Source: a virus. Taken from it: a stretch of DNA of 64,000 nt. Below, piece after piece: positions 51,896-60,512 of this stretch; positions within the stretch are counted from its first letter, which is position 1; the number at the start of each line of letters is the position of its first letter. A program made the position numbers and the translations under genes. The notes beneath the pieces were generated by a model. That model saw nothing but the letters and a program-made list of their open reading frames with translations, ran no database searches and had not been told where the DNA came from. The stretch covers positions 1 through 64,000 of IMG/VR virus record IMGVR_UViG_3300045988_130724. The stretch is one strand, 5' to 3'.

Positions 51896-51983
51896 CGCTC
51901 TTGTCTTTTAATTGTTAGTAATATTGGTTTCTTTTAGTATTGTAAAGATACTCATTATCAATGAATTAGCCAAGTATTTACAC
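51885..51983 (-). repeat. 99-bp promoter/leader cassette, copy B (partner at 41031..41129)
   Basis: Contains TATCTTTACA (51950-51941 on the - strand) and the shared leader. Similarity stops a few codons into the downstream genes (both begin MKAT). Confidence 0.7.
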
Positions 51984-52086
51984 AATTATTTTAGTCGTAA
52001 AACACTCATAACCAAAGATTTAACCTTTAGAGTAAAACAGCAAACATAATACAGATGATGCATCGGAAATGGTTACTTTGTACAGT

Positions 52087-52341
52087 TTATCCATTCCACT
52101 TTTTTAATTTATCTAAAAACTTGCTATCCCCTGAGTAATCAGCACTGATAGCCTTCTTGCTTTCGATAATCTGCTCTAAAAGTATTATACATTCCTTTCT
52201 TATCTCTTCGGTTTCATTATAACCGCAAGCGTTGTCAACCATTATCTCTATGTTTGATTTTGGCTTAGAAAGTTGTTTGCAGAGAATTTTCAACCGCCAG
52301 TAACAGAAATCAATTGTGGCTATGTGTTCTAACTTGTTCAT
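52087..52341 (-). CDS. hypothetical protein
   Basis: 84-aa ORF with a 4-nt overlap with the upstream gene. Confidence 0.5.
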   Translation of the reverse strand: MNKLEHIATIDFCYWRLKILCKQLSKPKSNIEIMVDNACGYNETEEIRKECIILLEQIIESKKAISADYSGDSKFLDKLKKWNG

Positions 52342-52577
52342 TTCTTTTTAAGTATTTCAATACATTCCTTTACTCCATCATCGAAACCTTGTTTATACCC
52401 TTTGGTATAATCCCCTATAGTATATACCGCCATTGACAGAAAAAATAGAAGGATACCTAAAGCCTTATGCCAACCGGGCAGCGAGATAGAAAACGGCTTA
52501 AATGTAATTGTGAGATCTCCAACCCATAATAGGGCGATAATACATATGATTGTAAATATAATTGTTTTCATAATCAT
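52338..52577 (-). CDS. small two-helix membrane protein
   Basis: 79 aa with 'IIFTIICIIALLWVG' and 'ALGILLFFLSMAVYTIG'. ATGA coupling at both ends. Confidence 0.5.
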   Translation of the reverse strand: MIMKTIIFTIICIIALLWVGDLTITFKPFSISLPGWHKALGILLFFLSMAVYTIGDYTKGYKQGFDDGVKECIEILKKK

Positions 52578-52945
52578 ATAAGTTTTAATGCTTCCTGTAA
52601 TCCTGCTTCAAGTGCGTCTTCGTAGATATCCCATTTACTACCATCATTTGTTCCTTCATAAACAGAACTGGCTATATGAGTTCCATTGTCAGCTTTAGAT
52701 ATTTCGTATCCATAACCACAAGCACAGTTATATACACATATATGAATGTTTTTGGTTTCACGTAACCACTTTTGGGCGATGGATTGTGTAGGGCAAGAAT
52801 AAAATAATTTAGGTAAATCCTTACTAGTTCTAAATATGGTTTCCATCATTATACCCTTATGATTAATAATATCTTTGCAATACTCATTAAACCCTTTCTC
52901 TTTCAGCAACTTCGCTGTTTCTAATGTTACAAGTTCTTCGGTCAT
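52574..52945 (-). CDS. hypothetical protein
   Basis: 123-aa ORF in the early operon. Confidence 0.5.
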   Translation of the reverse strand: MTEELVTLETAKLLKEKGFNEYCKDIINHKGIMMETIFRTSKDLPKLFYSCPTQSIAQKWLRETKNIHICVYNCACGYGYEISKADNGTHIASSVYEGTNDGSKWDIYEDALEAGLQEALKLI

Positions 52946-52947
52946 AA

Positions 52948-53292
52948 CTATTTCTTGTTTAACTCATCCAACACTTTCTTTACTAATTCATAGCGTGGTA
53001 ATTGCCAATTCTTCGCAATATCATCTATTTTATCATCATAATGATTGTCGTAAACATACTGATTTAAGTTGTCAACAAACCCATCACTATCAAGTCCTTC
53101 ATCGCAATCATCAAACATATCAAGTTCACAGGCTAACTTGGAGCATTCACAGTGGGTTACCCAGTCATAAACACGACCGTCATAAACATTGGTCTGTCTG
53201 TTATATTTTTCTCCAACGGAAATTACTTCACCGCAAAAATCGCACCTGTGTTCTTTGCGAGCGACAGGAGTTTCATTTCTTAATACTTTCAT
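52948..53292 (-). CDS. Cys-rich putative zinc-binding protein
   Basis: 114 aa with 'HRCDFCGEVI' and 'VTHCECSKLAC'. Confidence 0.5.
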   Translation of the reverse strand: MKVLRNETPVARKEHRCDFCGEVISVGEKYNRQTNVYDGRVYDWVTHCECSKLACELDMFDDCDEGLDSDGFVDNLNQYVYDNHYDDKIDDIAKNWQLPRYELVKKVLDELNKK

Positions 53293-53294
53293 AG

Positions 53295-53507
53295 TTATCT
53301 ACTCTTTAAAGCATTAGCAAGCATATCTTCACAATGCAGCTTATAAGCATGGGCAAACATTTTCAAAGTAACAGGCTCAAAGTGAAAATCTGCCTGTTTC
53401 CCTTCTAAAACAACAGAAATATATAATTGTCCATCGCAAAAGTCAATATATGCTTCACCACCTCCATCCCCTTTAATGGAAAAGGTTTGTGTCTGTACAC
53501 TATCCAT
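53295..53507 (-). CDS. hypothetical small protein
   Basis: 70-aa ORF in the early operon. Confidence 0.45.
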   Translation of the reverse strand: MDSVQTQTFSIKGDGGGEAYIDFCDGQLYISVVLEGKQADFHFEPVTLKMFAHAYKLHCEDMLANALKSR

Positions 53508-53509
53508 AG

Positions 53510-53806
53510 CTATTCTCCTTTCAGTTTCCTTATTAGCGCATCAGCGAAACCAAGACTCCATTCTGCTATCATATCTGAACCAGCACTCATTATCTGTTCA
53601 TGTGGATTGCTGCAAAATCCTTGCATCGCGGATTTAGCTAGTTCATATCGCCTCTGTTCCCATTCGATAGCTGAAAAATCAAGTTCGTATTCCTTGAAAA
53701 CCATGTTATCACATACATATAAATAATCTCTGCTATGTTGAGAGTTGATGTTTAATTGGGGAGTTACATCTACCAAAACTCCTGTTGATTTTACTCTTGC
53801 TTTCAT
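53510..53806 (-). CDS. hypothetical protein, paralog of 50088..50417
   Basis: Carries the 'IEWEQRRYELAKSAM' core and a similar C-terminal 'ADALI..LK' segment. Confidence 0.55.
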   Translation of the reverse strand: MKARVKSTGVLVDVTPQLNINSQHSRDYLYVCDNMVFKEYELDFSAIEWEQRRYELAKSAMQGFCSNPHEQIMSAGSDMIAEWSLGFADALIRKLKGE

Positions 53807-53963
53807 ATTTAATATTCTGATTTAATAATAGTACCAAATGAACGATACCTACGCCAAACTATATTTCCACGCTGAATACTAGTAAGCCAATCACAAGCCT
53901 TAAACACTTATCCTACATTATATAAAAATGGTCGTTTTTGTATTTTTCTTTTTATTCTTGCTT

Positions 53964-54419
53964 TCATAATTCCTTCTTTGTTTTAAAGTGTTCAATCAGT
54001 TCATTTACGGTAGCCTTACGGAAATTTCCTGAAATAATTGTTGCATTTTGATATTCTATACCCCAAAAGAAGAAGCTACCTTTAGGCTCTATGAAATAAT
54101 GGTCATTACCAATAGCATCTCCAAAAGAAACGCTAAGTGAAGATTCTGCTATAAACCACTGCATATAGTTACTATCATCCCTTAATGCAGCTATAGCCAG
54201 AAAAAGTTCCTCATTCGTTCCACAATCAACACTATCGGTTTCGTCAGGATGTGGAATATTACTGAAAAACTCAATACTATATAGACCGTATTCGGGTTCA
54301 GTGAAAATACATAAATCTTCGTTAAGTTCCGCTCCAAACAATCTATATCCCAACTCATCTAATTTCTTTTTAATTTTATAGGTACTCTTGCGAATAAAAC
54401 ACGGTGTTGTAAATCCCAT
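53964..54419 (-). CDS. hypothetical protein
   Basis: 151-aa ORF in the early operon. Confidence 0.5.
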   Translation of the reverse strand: MGFTTPCFIRKSTYKIKKKLDELGYRLFGAELNEDLCIFTEPEYGLYSIEFFSNIPHPDETDSVDCGTNEELFLAIAALRDDSNYMQWFIAESSLSVSFGDAIGNDHYFIEPKGSFFFWGIEYQNATIISGNFRKATVNELIEHFKTKKEL

Positions 54420-54421
54420 AG

Positions 54422-54619
54422 TTATTCCTCCTTCTCTATTTTTACTTTTCCGCGGTTAACAAAGCCATCACAGTTCATCAAAGCACAAAGACAGACGGAA
54501 TATTCTTCCTTTTCTGACTTACTGCAAATGCGCAACAGTGAGCATTGGTTGCATGGGACATTTTCACTCGTCATCTCATGCAACACTCCATTTATTATTA
54601 TTCCGTTCTTTATTTCCAT
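54422..54619 (-). CDS. Cys-rich small protein
   Basis: 65 aa with 'PCNQCSLLRIC' and 'CLCALMNC'. Confidence 0.45.
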   Translation of the reverse strand: MEIKNGIIINGVLHEMTSENVPCNQCSLLRICSKSEKEEYSVCLCALMNCDGFVNRGKVKIEKEE

Positions 54620-54622
54620 ATC

Positions 54623-55024
54623 TCAATCTCCTTTCTCTTTAATTCGTTCCAGTACATCCCTGTTGGATTCTAGTATCTCATCGAAAGACGGTATTGGCAT
54701 CCAATAGATTACATCATCTCTATGATAACTCTCACTTGCAGCGCAGTCATACCAAAAGTGATATTCCATATCTTCGTTGTAATCTTCATCATAATGCGCT
54801 ATTCTTATTGTTCCATCTTCAAGCGCCACTAATTTTTCGTTTGTATCTTCCGGCAACCGTTCCTTAACGCTTATCCACGGGGATTGCTTGGACTGCCACT
54901 CAGCACCTTGGATGAAATTTATCTCTCCAAACCTTGCCAAATCTTTACCAAACAAAGTCCTGTCAACTGTCCTGTGATTAAACAAGATATTTTCCCTTGC
55001 CGCTTCTTCTACTGTCTGTTTCAT
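54623..55024 (-). CDS. DUF551-like phage protein
   Basis: 133 aa. 'WISVKERLPED' is typical of DUF551. The N-terminal 'MKQTVEEAARE...GAEWQSKQ' module is shared with 55769..56017. Confidence 0.5.
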   Translation of the reverse strand: MKQTVEEAARENILFNHRTVDRTLFGKDLARFGEINFIQGAEWQSKQSPWISVKERLPEDTNEKLVALEDGTIRIAHYDEDYNEDMEYHFWYDCAASESYHRDDVIYWMPIPSFDEILESNRDVLERIKEKGD

Positions 55025-55035
55025 AATTTAATCAA

Positions 55036-55257
55036 TTAGGGGTGATGTGGTTGAATGTTCAATTCGTTCTCTATAAATTTCTGTAACTTATGGGCGCATT
55101 CCGAGCATAAGTCGGCTTCTTGGATGAATATATCTTCCCTTCCACCAACAGAACCACCATCCCATTTATCCACCTTGAAATCCAATCTTGCGCTGCGGAA
55201 ATACGATGGCTGTATCTCTCTTCCGCATGCATCACATATTATCGTTACTTTTTTCAT
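55036..55257 (-). CDS. zinc-ribbon small protein
   Basis: 73 aa with 'CDACGREI' and 'CSECAHKL'. Confidence 0.5.
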   Translation of the reverse strand: MKKVTIICDACGREIQPSYFRSARLDFKVDKWDGGSVGGREDIFIQEADLCSECAHKLQKFIENELNIQPHHP

Positions 55258-55274
55258 ATTTGTTCTGTTTTAAA

Positions 55275-55532
55275 TCAAATACAAGCTAAATGTCCGTAGG
55301 CGCATTCTGACATGTTGCCATGTTTATTTACATGGTCAATAAAATCCTCCAAAGGAACGGCATCTATCTCTTCTCTTGCTTTTACAATGGGAGCACCGCC
55401 ACCAGTGATACTTACTTGAACAGTATCCCAAGAAACGTACTTCTGACATTCTTTGGTCAATTCACTTTCTATTACTGCTAGTCGAGCAAAGGTGGAGTTA
55501 TATTCTCCAGCCAATTTTTCTATCTTATTCAT
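55275..55532 (-). CDS. hypothetical protein
   Basis: 85-aa ORF in the early operon. Confidence 0.5.
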   Translation of the reverse strand: MNKIEKLAGEYNSTFARLAVIESELTKECQKYVSWDTVQVSITGGGAPIVKAREEIDAVPLEDFIDHVNKHGNMSECAYGHLACI

Positions 55533-55627
55533 ATTTATCTTGTTACAAGTTAAAATATTTTCCTTTTTTTGCGCCTACGTTGAAAATCCAACATAAATTT
55601 TTTCCTACCATTAAGAGTACGTGACAT

Positions 55628-55750
55628 TTAAATGATCATATATATTATCAAAATAAATACAATGACAGATGAAATACCTACGGCAATCATATATGTACGT
55701 ACTAATCCCGTCAATCCGGATTGATTCAAATAGTCAATAAGTTCTTTCAT
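55628..55750 (-). CDS. possible 40-aa tail-anchored membrane peptide (unannotated)
   Basis: My own translation: MKELIDYLNQSGLTGLVRTYMIAVGISSVIVFILIIYMII. It starts 19 nt after the upstream stop. Confidence 0.3.
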   Translation of the reverse strand: MKELIDYLNQSGLTGLVRTYMIAVGISSVIVFILIIYMII

Positions 55751-55768
55751 AATCAATCTCCTTTCTCT

Positions 55769-56017
55769 TTAATCCGCTCCAATACATCCTTGTTGGTTCA
55801 ATAGCTCACTAATGTTATCTATGACTTCCCCATCTGTCAACGTATCATCCAGGATGATAGATTTAATCTGACTTGAAAGCCATGATGTGCCATTTTCAAA
55901 ACTAAGAGCAATCATGTCTTTAATATCGGAAACACCATTCGGAATTCCGTTTGTCCCGAATGAATCAATTACTGATTCTGCATATTCTTTTGCTGCTTCT
56001 TCTAACTTCTGTTTCAT
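55769..56017 (-). CDS. hypothetical protein sharing the N-terminal module with 54623..55024; its 3' end is frameshifted relative to the paralog
   Basis: 'MKQKLEEAAKE...NGTSWLSSQ'. The DNA at 55753-55803 is homologous to the paralog's 3' end but is read in another frame. Confidence 0.5.
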   Translation of the reverse strand: MKQKLEEAAKEYAESVIDSFGTNGIPNGVSDIKDMIALSFENGTSWLSSQIKSIILDDTLTDGEVIDNISELLNQQGCIGAD

Positions 56018-56035
56018 ATCTATCTTGGTTATACG

Positions 56036-56530
56036 TTAAACCTCTATCTCAAACTGCTCACTTTTTGCCGATGGCATACAATCAAGAAGAGAAGAACCTA
56101 CTGAGACATAATAGATACCATCTTTTTCAAACGGGAGCCAATGGAAGTAGCGTCCTGTTTCTTCGTGCATTACCGGAATCCCAAATTTATTAAGGAGCCG
56201 ACCATTTATACCTCGAAACTTTCTACGCCATCTATCAATGAATTCACGACCTTCTTTCTTTCGTTTATCGATTTTCCAACACGGATGCTTCTTATCATCA
56301 TTATTCGGAATCAGTTTCTCAGGAACAAACTCCTTATCATCAAATCCAATAAGAGTATAAAGCCACTCAGCGGTTATTCCAAATGCCCATCCATATCCGA
56401 GGCTATCCGGTCTTGAACCACAATATTCTTGAATCATATCTTTAGCTTCGTTTTGTTCGCGCATAAGCTGTTCATTCATTTGTTTCAGTAGCTTCTCAAG
56501 CTCTGAACCTTGTTTTGCTATTATCTTCAT
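56036..56530 (-). CDS. hypothetical protein
   Basis: 164-aa ORF in the early operon. Confidence 0.5.
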   Translation of the reverse strand: MKIIAKQGSELEKLLKQMNEQLMREQNEAKDMIQEYCGSRPDSLGYGWAFGITAEWLYTLIGFDDKEFVPEKLIPNNDDKKHPCWKIDKRKKEGREFIDRWRRKFRGINGRLLNKFGIPVMHEETGRYFHWLPFEKDGIYYVSVGSSLLDCMPSAKSEQFEIEV

Positions 56531-56542
56531 TTCTTATCTGAT

Positions 56543-56887
56543 TTATACTAATTCAATTATAACCTTTTTTAAATTAACAAATAAAGGTATTGCTGACATG
56601 CCCCCATTGCAATCCAACTGTCTTAAAGAGGGAACAACCTCTCCGTCATCATCAATCTCATAATCTGCAATATAGGCTAACATCTTCGTTTTGGGGACCA
56701 ATATCCTTTCATTGCTCAAAGGAGAAAACCTTTCATGAACCGGGACCGTTATACAGACCTTGCTTCCAATAGGGAACCCTTGGTTGGATTCAATGTATTC
56801 CTTTTCCAACTTCCCCTTTTCGCCATTCAATTCTTTTAGCTTTAAATCAATGGCATTTCTTTTGCTCAAAAATTCTTCCTTATTCAT
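56543..56887 (-). CDS. hypothetical protein
   Basis: 114-aa ORF downstream of the methyltransferase gene. Confidence 0.5.
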   Translation of the reverse strand: MNKEEFLSKRNAIDLKLKELNGEKGKLEKEYIESNQGFPIGSKVCITVPVHERFSPLSNERILVPKTKMLAYIADYEIDDDGEVVPSLRQLDCNGGMSAIPLFVNLKKVIIELV

Positions 56888-56896
56888 GTTTTTGTT

Positions 56897-57631
56897 TTAC
56901 TCTAATTGTTTATCGAAAATCTTAATACATTCAAATAAATAGTGCGCAATTATAGGTTGTACTGCATTGCCTATACACTCCGTTCTGTCCACCCTATCGG
57001 GAAGTTCATTAGACTTTCCAGCAAATCGGGGTGAGGGTATTGACTGTCTTGTTCTCCATCCCGGATATACTCGTGTATATTGCCCCGATAGGTAGGGCTT
57101 CCGAAATATCGATTCTTGGATGCTCCTTTTGCTGTTGATTTCACAGGAGTAGGCAATACAATATAATCGCTCCCGACCCTGTTGTATACCAAAGTCGGTG
57201 CCTGATAAACATTGCCATTCTGCATCATACCCGATTTCGGAAAGGTCGCATAAGACCCGTTCAAATCCCCGAATAAGGAGCATTGGACTGTTTTCAATGA
57301 TGATGTATTTAGGTCTAACTTCCCGTATAACTCGGTACATTTCAGTCCATAAGCCACTTCTTTCACCGACAATTCCGACACCTTTTCCAGCAACGCTGAT
57401 GTCTTGGCAAGGGAATCCACCGCTGATGATGTCAACAAATGTTGGATTTGAATACGTTCTAATATCTCTGTTGATTTCATGGTTTTCTCCAAAATTTTTT
57501 TTGATTATACTTGCTTGATAGTCTTCATATTCGCAGCTCCAAAGTGTTTTTATTCCGGCAAACGCTGCGCCCAAGCCGAAACCTTCTATCCCACTAAACA
57601 GAGAGCCATGAGTCAATTTACTTTGCTTCAT
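56897..57631 (-). CDS. DNA (cytosine-5)-methyltransferase, compact form
   Basis: Motifs 'LFSGIEGFGLG' (I), 'GGFPCQDIS' (IV), 'ENSPML' (VI), 'QGRERLY' (VIII) and 'GNAVQP' (X). The start is set at the ATG at 57631 ('MKQSKL'); the track start is 57706. Confidence 0.85.
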   Translation of the reverse strand: MKQSKLTHGSLFSGIEGFGLGAAFAGIKTLWSCEYEDYQASIIKKNFGENHEINRDIRTYSNPTFVDIISGGFPCQDISVAGKGVGIVGERSGLWTEMYRVIREVRPKYIIIENSPMLLIRGFERVLCDLSEIGYDAEWQCLSGTDFGIQQGRERLYCIAYSCEINSKRSIQESIFRKPYLSGQYTRVYPGWRTRQSIPSPRFAGKSNELPDRVDRTECIGNAVQPIIAHYLFECIKIFDKQLE

Positions 57632-57650
57632 CTCTATATCGTTTTGAGGG

Positions 57651-57881
57651 TTATTCACTATCGTATTCTGACATGATTTCCAAAATATCGCTTTGTATAT
57701 TTTCATCAGTTAACATGTGCTCAACTAATTCTTTTTGCTGCGAGGGTGTGGCTATAATACACTTCACTATTTTATTGCTATCGGTAGCCATTATTATAAT
57801 TCCACCTTCGCGAGTCTTAGGTAGGCGTACTGCTATTTCTTTAGCAAATGCCTCTACGTCTTGAATAAATTGACATTCCAT
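57651..57881 (-). CDS. hypothetical small protein
   Basis: 76-aa ORF upstream of the methyltransferase gene. Confidence 0.5.
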   Translation of the reverse strand: MECQFIQDVEAFAKEIAVRLPKTREGGIIIMATDSNKIVKCIIATPSQQKELVEHMLTDENIQSDILEIMSEYDSE

Positions 57882-57921
57882 ATTAGTTCCTTTCTTTCTC
57901 GGTTTTAATTAATTACTCCCG

Positions 57922-59103
57922 CTAAGCCTCCTTAAGCTCTCCATTGACTAGCATATACCATGTGTCAGCCTTAACCTTTTCCCCGTCAACTTCAAACGCC
58001 TTGACCTCCTTAATCGGGTAGGTATTACCGTTCCATTCTCCACGTTCTGCGAGGACTATCCAGCAACCTATAGCTCCCTTAGCCTTACACCCGTATCCGG
58101 CAGCAAGAGCAATGCTATCCTTGCCTGTGGCTGATGCTGCACCTCGGTCGCCGGTGGCTGATGCTGCACCATAGTTGCCGGTGGCTGATGCTGCACCTCG
58201 GTAGCCTGTGGCTGATGCTGCACCATAGTTGCCGGTAGCTGATGCTGCACCTCGGTCGCCGGTGGCTGATGCTGCACCTTGGTAGCCGGTGGCTGATGCT
58301 GCACCTTGGTAGCCTGTGGCTGATGCTGCACCTTGGTAGCCGGTGGCTGATGCTGCACCTTGGTAGCCTGTGGCTGTCTTACCCTTCTTCCACTTGCATT
58401 TTTCAAACGTAAACTTAACGGCTGCGTCTACAATACTCTTAATACTTAGTTCCGCTCCTATGTGGATTTTTGAGCAAGCAATTTTCGTATCATCCGTATC
58501 TACGTCCATATCGCCAGTCCCCTCAACCTCGTGAAACTTATTCATACCAACTGTGGCAGGTGGATAGTAACCGAACACGTCCAACGGATGGAGGCAGAAG
58601 TGAAATCCGTTACCGCAAGCCGTTATATCGCCTGTTTCTTCATAGTCCTTACCTTCTTCGTATTGGAAATCCCTACATGTCATATCGGGGTTAAAACCTT
58701 TGTAGCCTTTGATTTTGACAAACTCCTTTGGCAGGGTAACGTTATCCGGCAAGTTTGCTCTAAGTACCATGTACGCCATGTAGCTGGCATCAAATCCGGC
58801 TATCCCGGTGCCAATGGCAGTTAGGAGAAATTCCTTTTCTGGGTGCTCGTTAGCGTAATTCCCGAAGTTCCCTAAAAATACGACCAACTCTTCTTCGGTA
58901 ACTTTCTGCATATCCTTGTCCAGCGTAGGAATGGCATAGGACTGACCTTGTATTCCTTCTGCCTGCCCCATAATTGCGCCAAATTTCTCAACTGCCAATC
59001 TAGCTGCACCTCCGGCGTGATTGCCGTTCATGTTGCTTCCAAAAACGAATATTTGATTTTCTTTCAGTTCCTGAATATTCTCAGGTGTTAATTCTCTTTT
59101 CAT
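57922..59103 (-). CDS. three-part phage protein: Rossmann-like 'IFVFGSN' domain, Cys/His middle domain, and a 9-aa repeat array
   Basis: 393 aa. 'IFVFGSNMNGNHAGGAARLA...GQSYAIPT' is recalled from phage non-structural proteins. It is followed by 'CGNGFHFCLHP' and then roughly nine 'ATG..GAAS' nonapeptide repeats. Confidence 0.6.
   Translation of the reverse strand: MKRELTPENIQELKENQIFVFGSNMNGNHAGGAARLAVEKFGAIMGQAEGIQGQSYAIPTLDKDMQKVTEEELVVFLGNFGNYANEHPEKEFLLTAIGTGIAGFDASYMAYMVLRANLPDNVTLPKEFVKIKGYKGFNPDMTCRDFQYEEGKDYEETGDITACGNGFHFCLHPLDVFGYYPPATVGMNKFHEVEGTGDMDVDTDDTKIACSKIHIGAELSIKSIVDAAVKFTFEKCKWKKGKTATGYQGAASATGYQGAASATGYQGAASATGYQGAASATGDRGAASATGNYGAASATGYRGAASATGNYGAASATGDRGAASATGKDSIALAAGYGCKAKGAIGCWIVLAERGEWNGNTYPIKEVKAFEVDGEKVKADTWYMLVNGELKEA
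58123..58376. repeat. 27-bp tandem repeat array (about 9-10 units) inside the CDS
   Basis: Units resemble ggtggctgatgctgcaccttggtagcc, with point variants. The array is in frame and encodes the ATGYQGAAS-type repeats. Confidence 0.9.
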
Positions 59104-59133
59104 GATTCTTGTTTATTTCTGTATTACTTTTAA

Positions 59134-59484
59134 TTAATGGTTCCTACAAACTTCTCTAGGTTTCCACTCTGACGGTACTTTAGCCCACTCTCTGAATGCT
59201 TTATCAAACCCATCAAGGTCAGAGAACATATCCATCTTGGCGGTATCAGTAGTAACGAGGGTGGAGAATTCCTTGAAATACTTATCGGCAACTTTTACGA
59301 AGTCATTGTGCAACTTTTTTAAATCTCCAAGCAGAAGGGAGTTCTCTGCCATTAAATCGCTCGCTTCCTCTACTAAGTTATTGGCTTCGCAATTCAACAG
59401 GTGAGCGGCTGAAAGCAGCATATTCAATCTATCTATGCTACCATTGGCTATGGCGGCATCTATTATTTTTTTCTTTGGTTTCAT
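59134..59484 (-). CDS. hypothetical protein
   Basis: 116-aa ORF in the early operon. Confidence 0.5.
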   Translation of the reverse strand: MKPKKKIIDAAIANGSIDRLNMLLSAAHLLNCEANNLVEEASDLMAENSLLLGDLKKLHNDFVKVADKYFKEFSTLVTTDTAKMDMFSDLDGFDKAFREWAKVPSEWKPREVCRNH

Positions 59485-59496
59485 AATTGTATATTT

Positions 59497-59682
59497 TCAC
59501 TTTACATTTCCTTTCATGCGGTTAATACTTTCGTTCTCCTTTTTATTAATTTTGTCAATCCACCTTTGGAATTTGGCAGCTACAAGAGGACAGTGGATGC
59601 GCAGGTTCCTGTCGCGTTCCGCTTCCCATTCACGTATCTTTATTAGCGTTTCGGTATTCATGATTCTTTTATTTTGTTTCAT
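59497..59682 (-). CDS. hypothetical small protein
   Basis: 61-aa ORF whose start context is AAGAGCAATG. Confidence 0.45.
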   Translation of the reverse strand: MKQNKRIMNTETLIKIREWEAERDRNLRIHCPLVAAKFQRWIDKINKKENESINRMKGNVK

Positions 59683-59858
59683 TGCTCTTATGTTTTATAT
59701 ATTTCTGATTTACAGATATAAAGTTAGCTAATTTGCCATTTGTAAACAAACATTACTTCTTTTGTTTACACGGCTTTACAATTAATCAACATACTGAAAA
59801 TCAGGCATTTATATTATTACCATTATACTTTAATTGTTCGCTACAAATTAGGCTACCC

Positions 59859-60512
59859 TCATGGTGACATCAGCATTTTTCTGGCTTCCTCATCTCCAGA
59901 TTCCGCCCGACGTTTCAATTCGTTGTACAAAGTCAAAGAAGAATACCCTTCAGGTGGAATAAATTTTCTGTTCTCTATCTCATCCTGCACCCTTTTTCGG
60001 TTTATCGCGTCCAGTTCATAATTTCTTTCGGAATAGAACTCTTTGAAGAAGGCATTGCCTATTCTTCTGGCATCAAAGGATGCGAATGAATTATCATACT
60101 TCCCGGCCTTGTAGCGTGCAAAAAACAGCATCAGTTCAGAAAGCTTGTAAGCCTTGACCTGTGAGGCAAAGGACTGACAAAAGATTCTTATCCCATCGGC
60201 AACGCCCTTTTCCTTGCTGTTGGAAGCCCCGAATATGCCGGACACCTGTATGTCAATCCAATATTCGGAAGAGCCATAGCCGTAAAGCGCATCATACTGC
60301 ATCAGCGATGGACAGTCTGCCATATAAGCTTTTTCCGGGTTCTGAAGGACATACCCCCACTGGACTGGTGAAAATACTCTTTCAACCTCAGAACGGTCTT
60401 TCCATTTGGTCAACCAGACCTTCTTCGAGGTCTCGCTTATGTTGTTGCAGCAAGCCAAGAGCGTAGGCGTTAGCTTCTTGTTTGCTTGTATAACTGCTCC
60501 GATTGTTTCCAT
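59859..60512 (-). CDS. hypothetical protein, replication-module associated
   Basis: 217-aa ORF. Its ATG lies 125 nt inside the upstream gene, so the true start is uncertain. Confidence 0.45.
   Translation of the reverse strand: METIGAVIQANKKLTPTLLACCNNISETSKKVWLTKWKDRSEVERVFSPVQWGYVLQNPEKAYMADCPSLMQYDALYGYGSSEYWIDIQVSGIFGASNSKEKGVADGIRIFCQSFASQVKAYKLSELMLFFARYKAGKYDNSFASFDARRIGNAFFKEFYSERNYELDAINRKRVQDEIENRKFIPPEGYSSLTLYNELKRRAESGDEEARKMLMSP

Noticed and set aside
56971-57492. 173-aa - strand ORF
   Set aside because: It is an alternative frame inside the C5 methyltransferase gene, and the annotated frame carries all the methyltransferase motifs.
58123-58376. Possible CRISPR array (regular short repeats)
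   Set aside because: The units are contiguous 27-mers with no spacers. They are in frame within a CDS and no cas genes are present. This is a coding tandem repeat.
58068-58406. 112-aa - strand ORF with 'PPATKVQHQ' repeats
   Set aside because: It is an alternative reading frame through the 27-bp tandem array inside 57922..59103. Its periodicity is a by-product of the DNA repeat, and the host ORF has coherent flanking domains.
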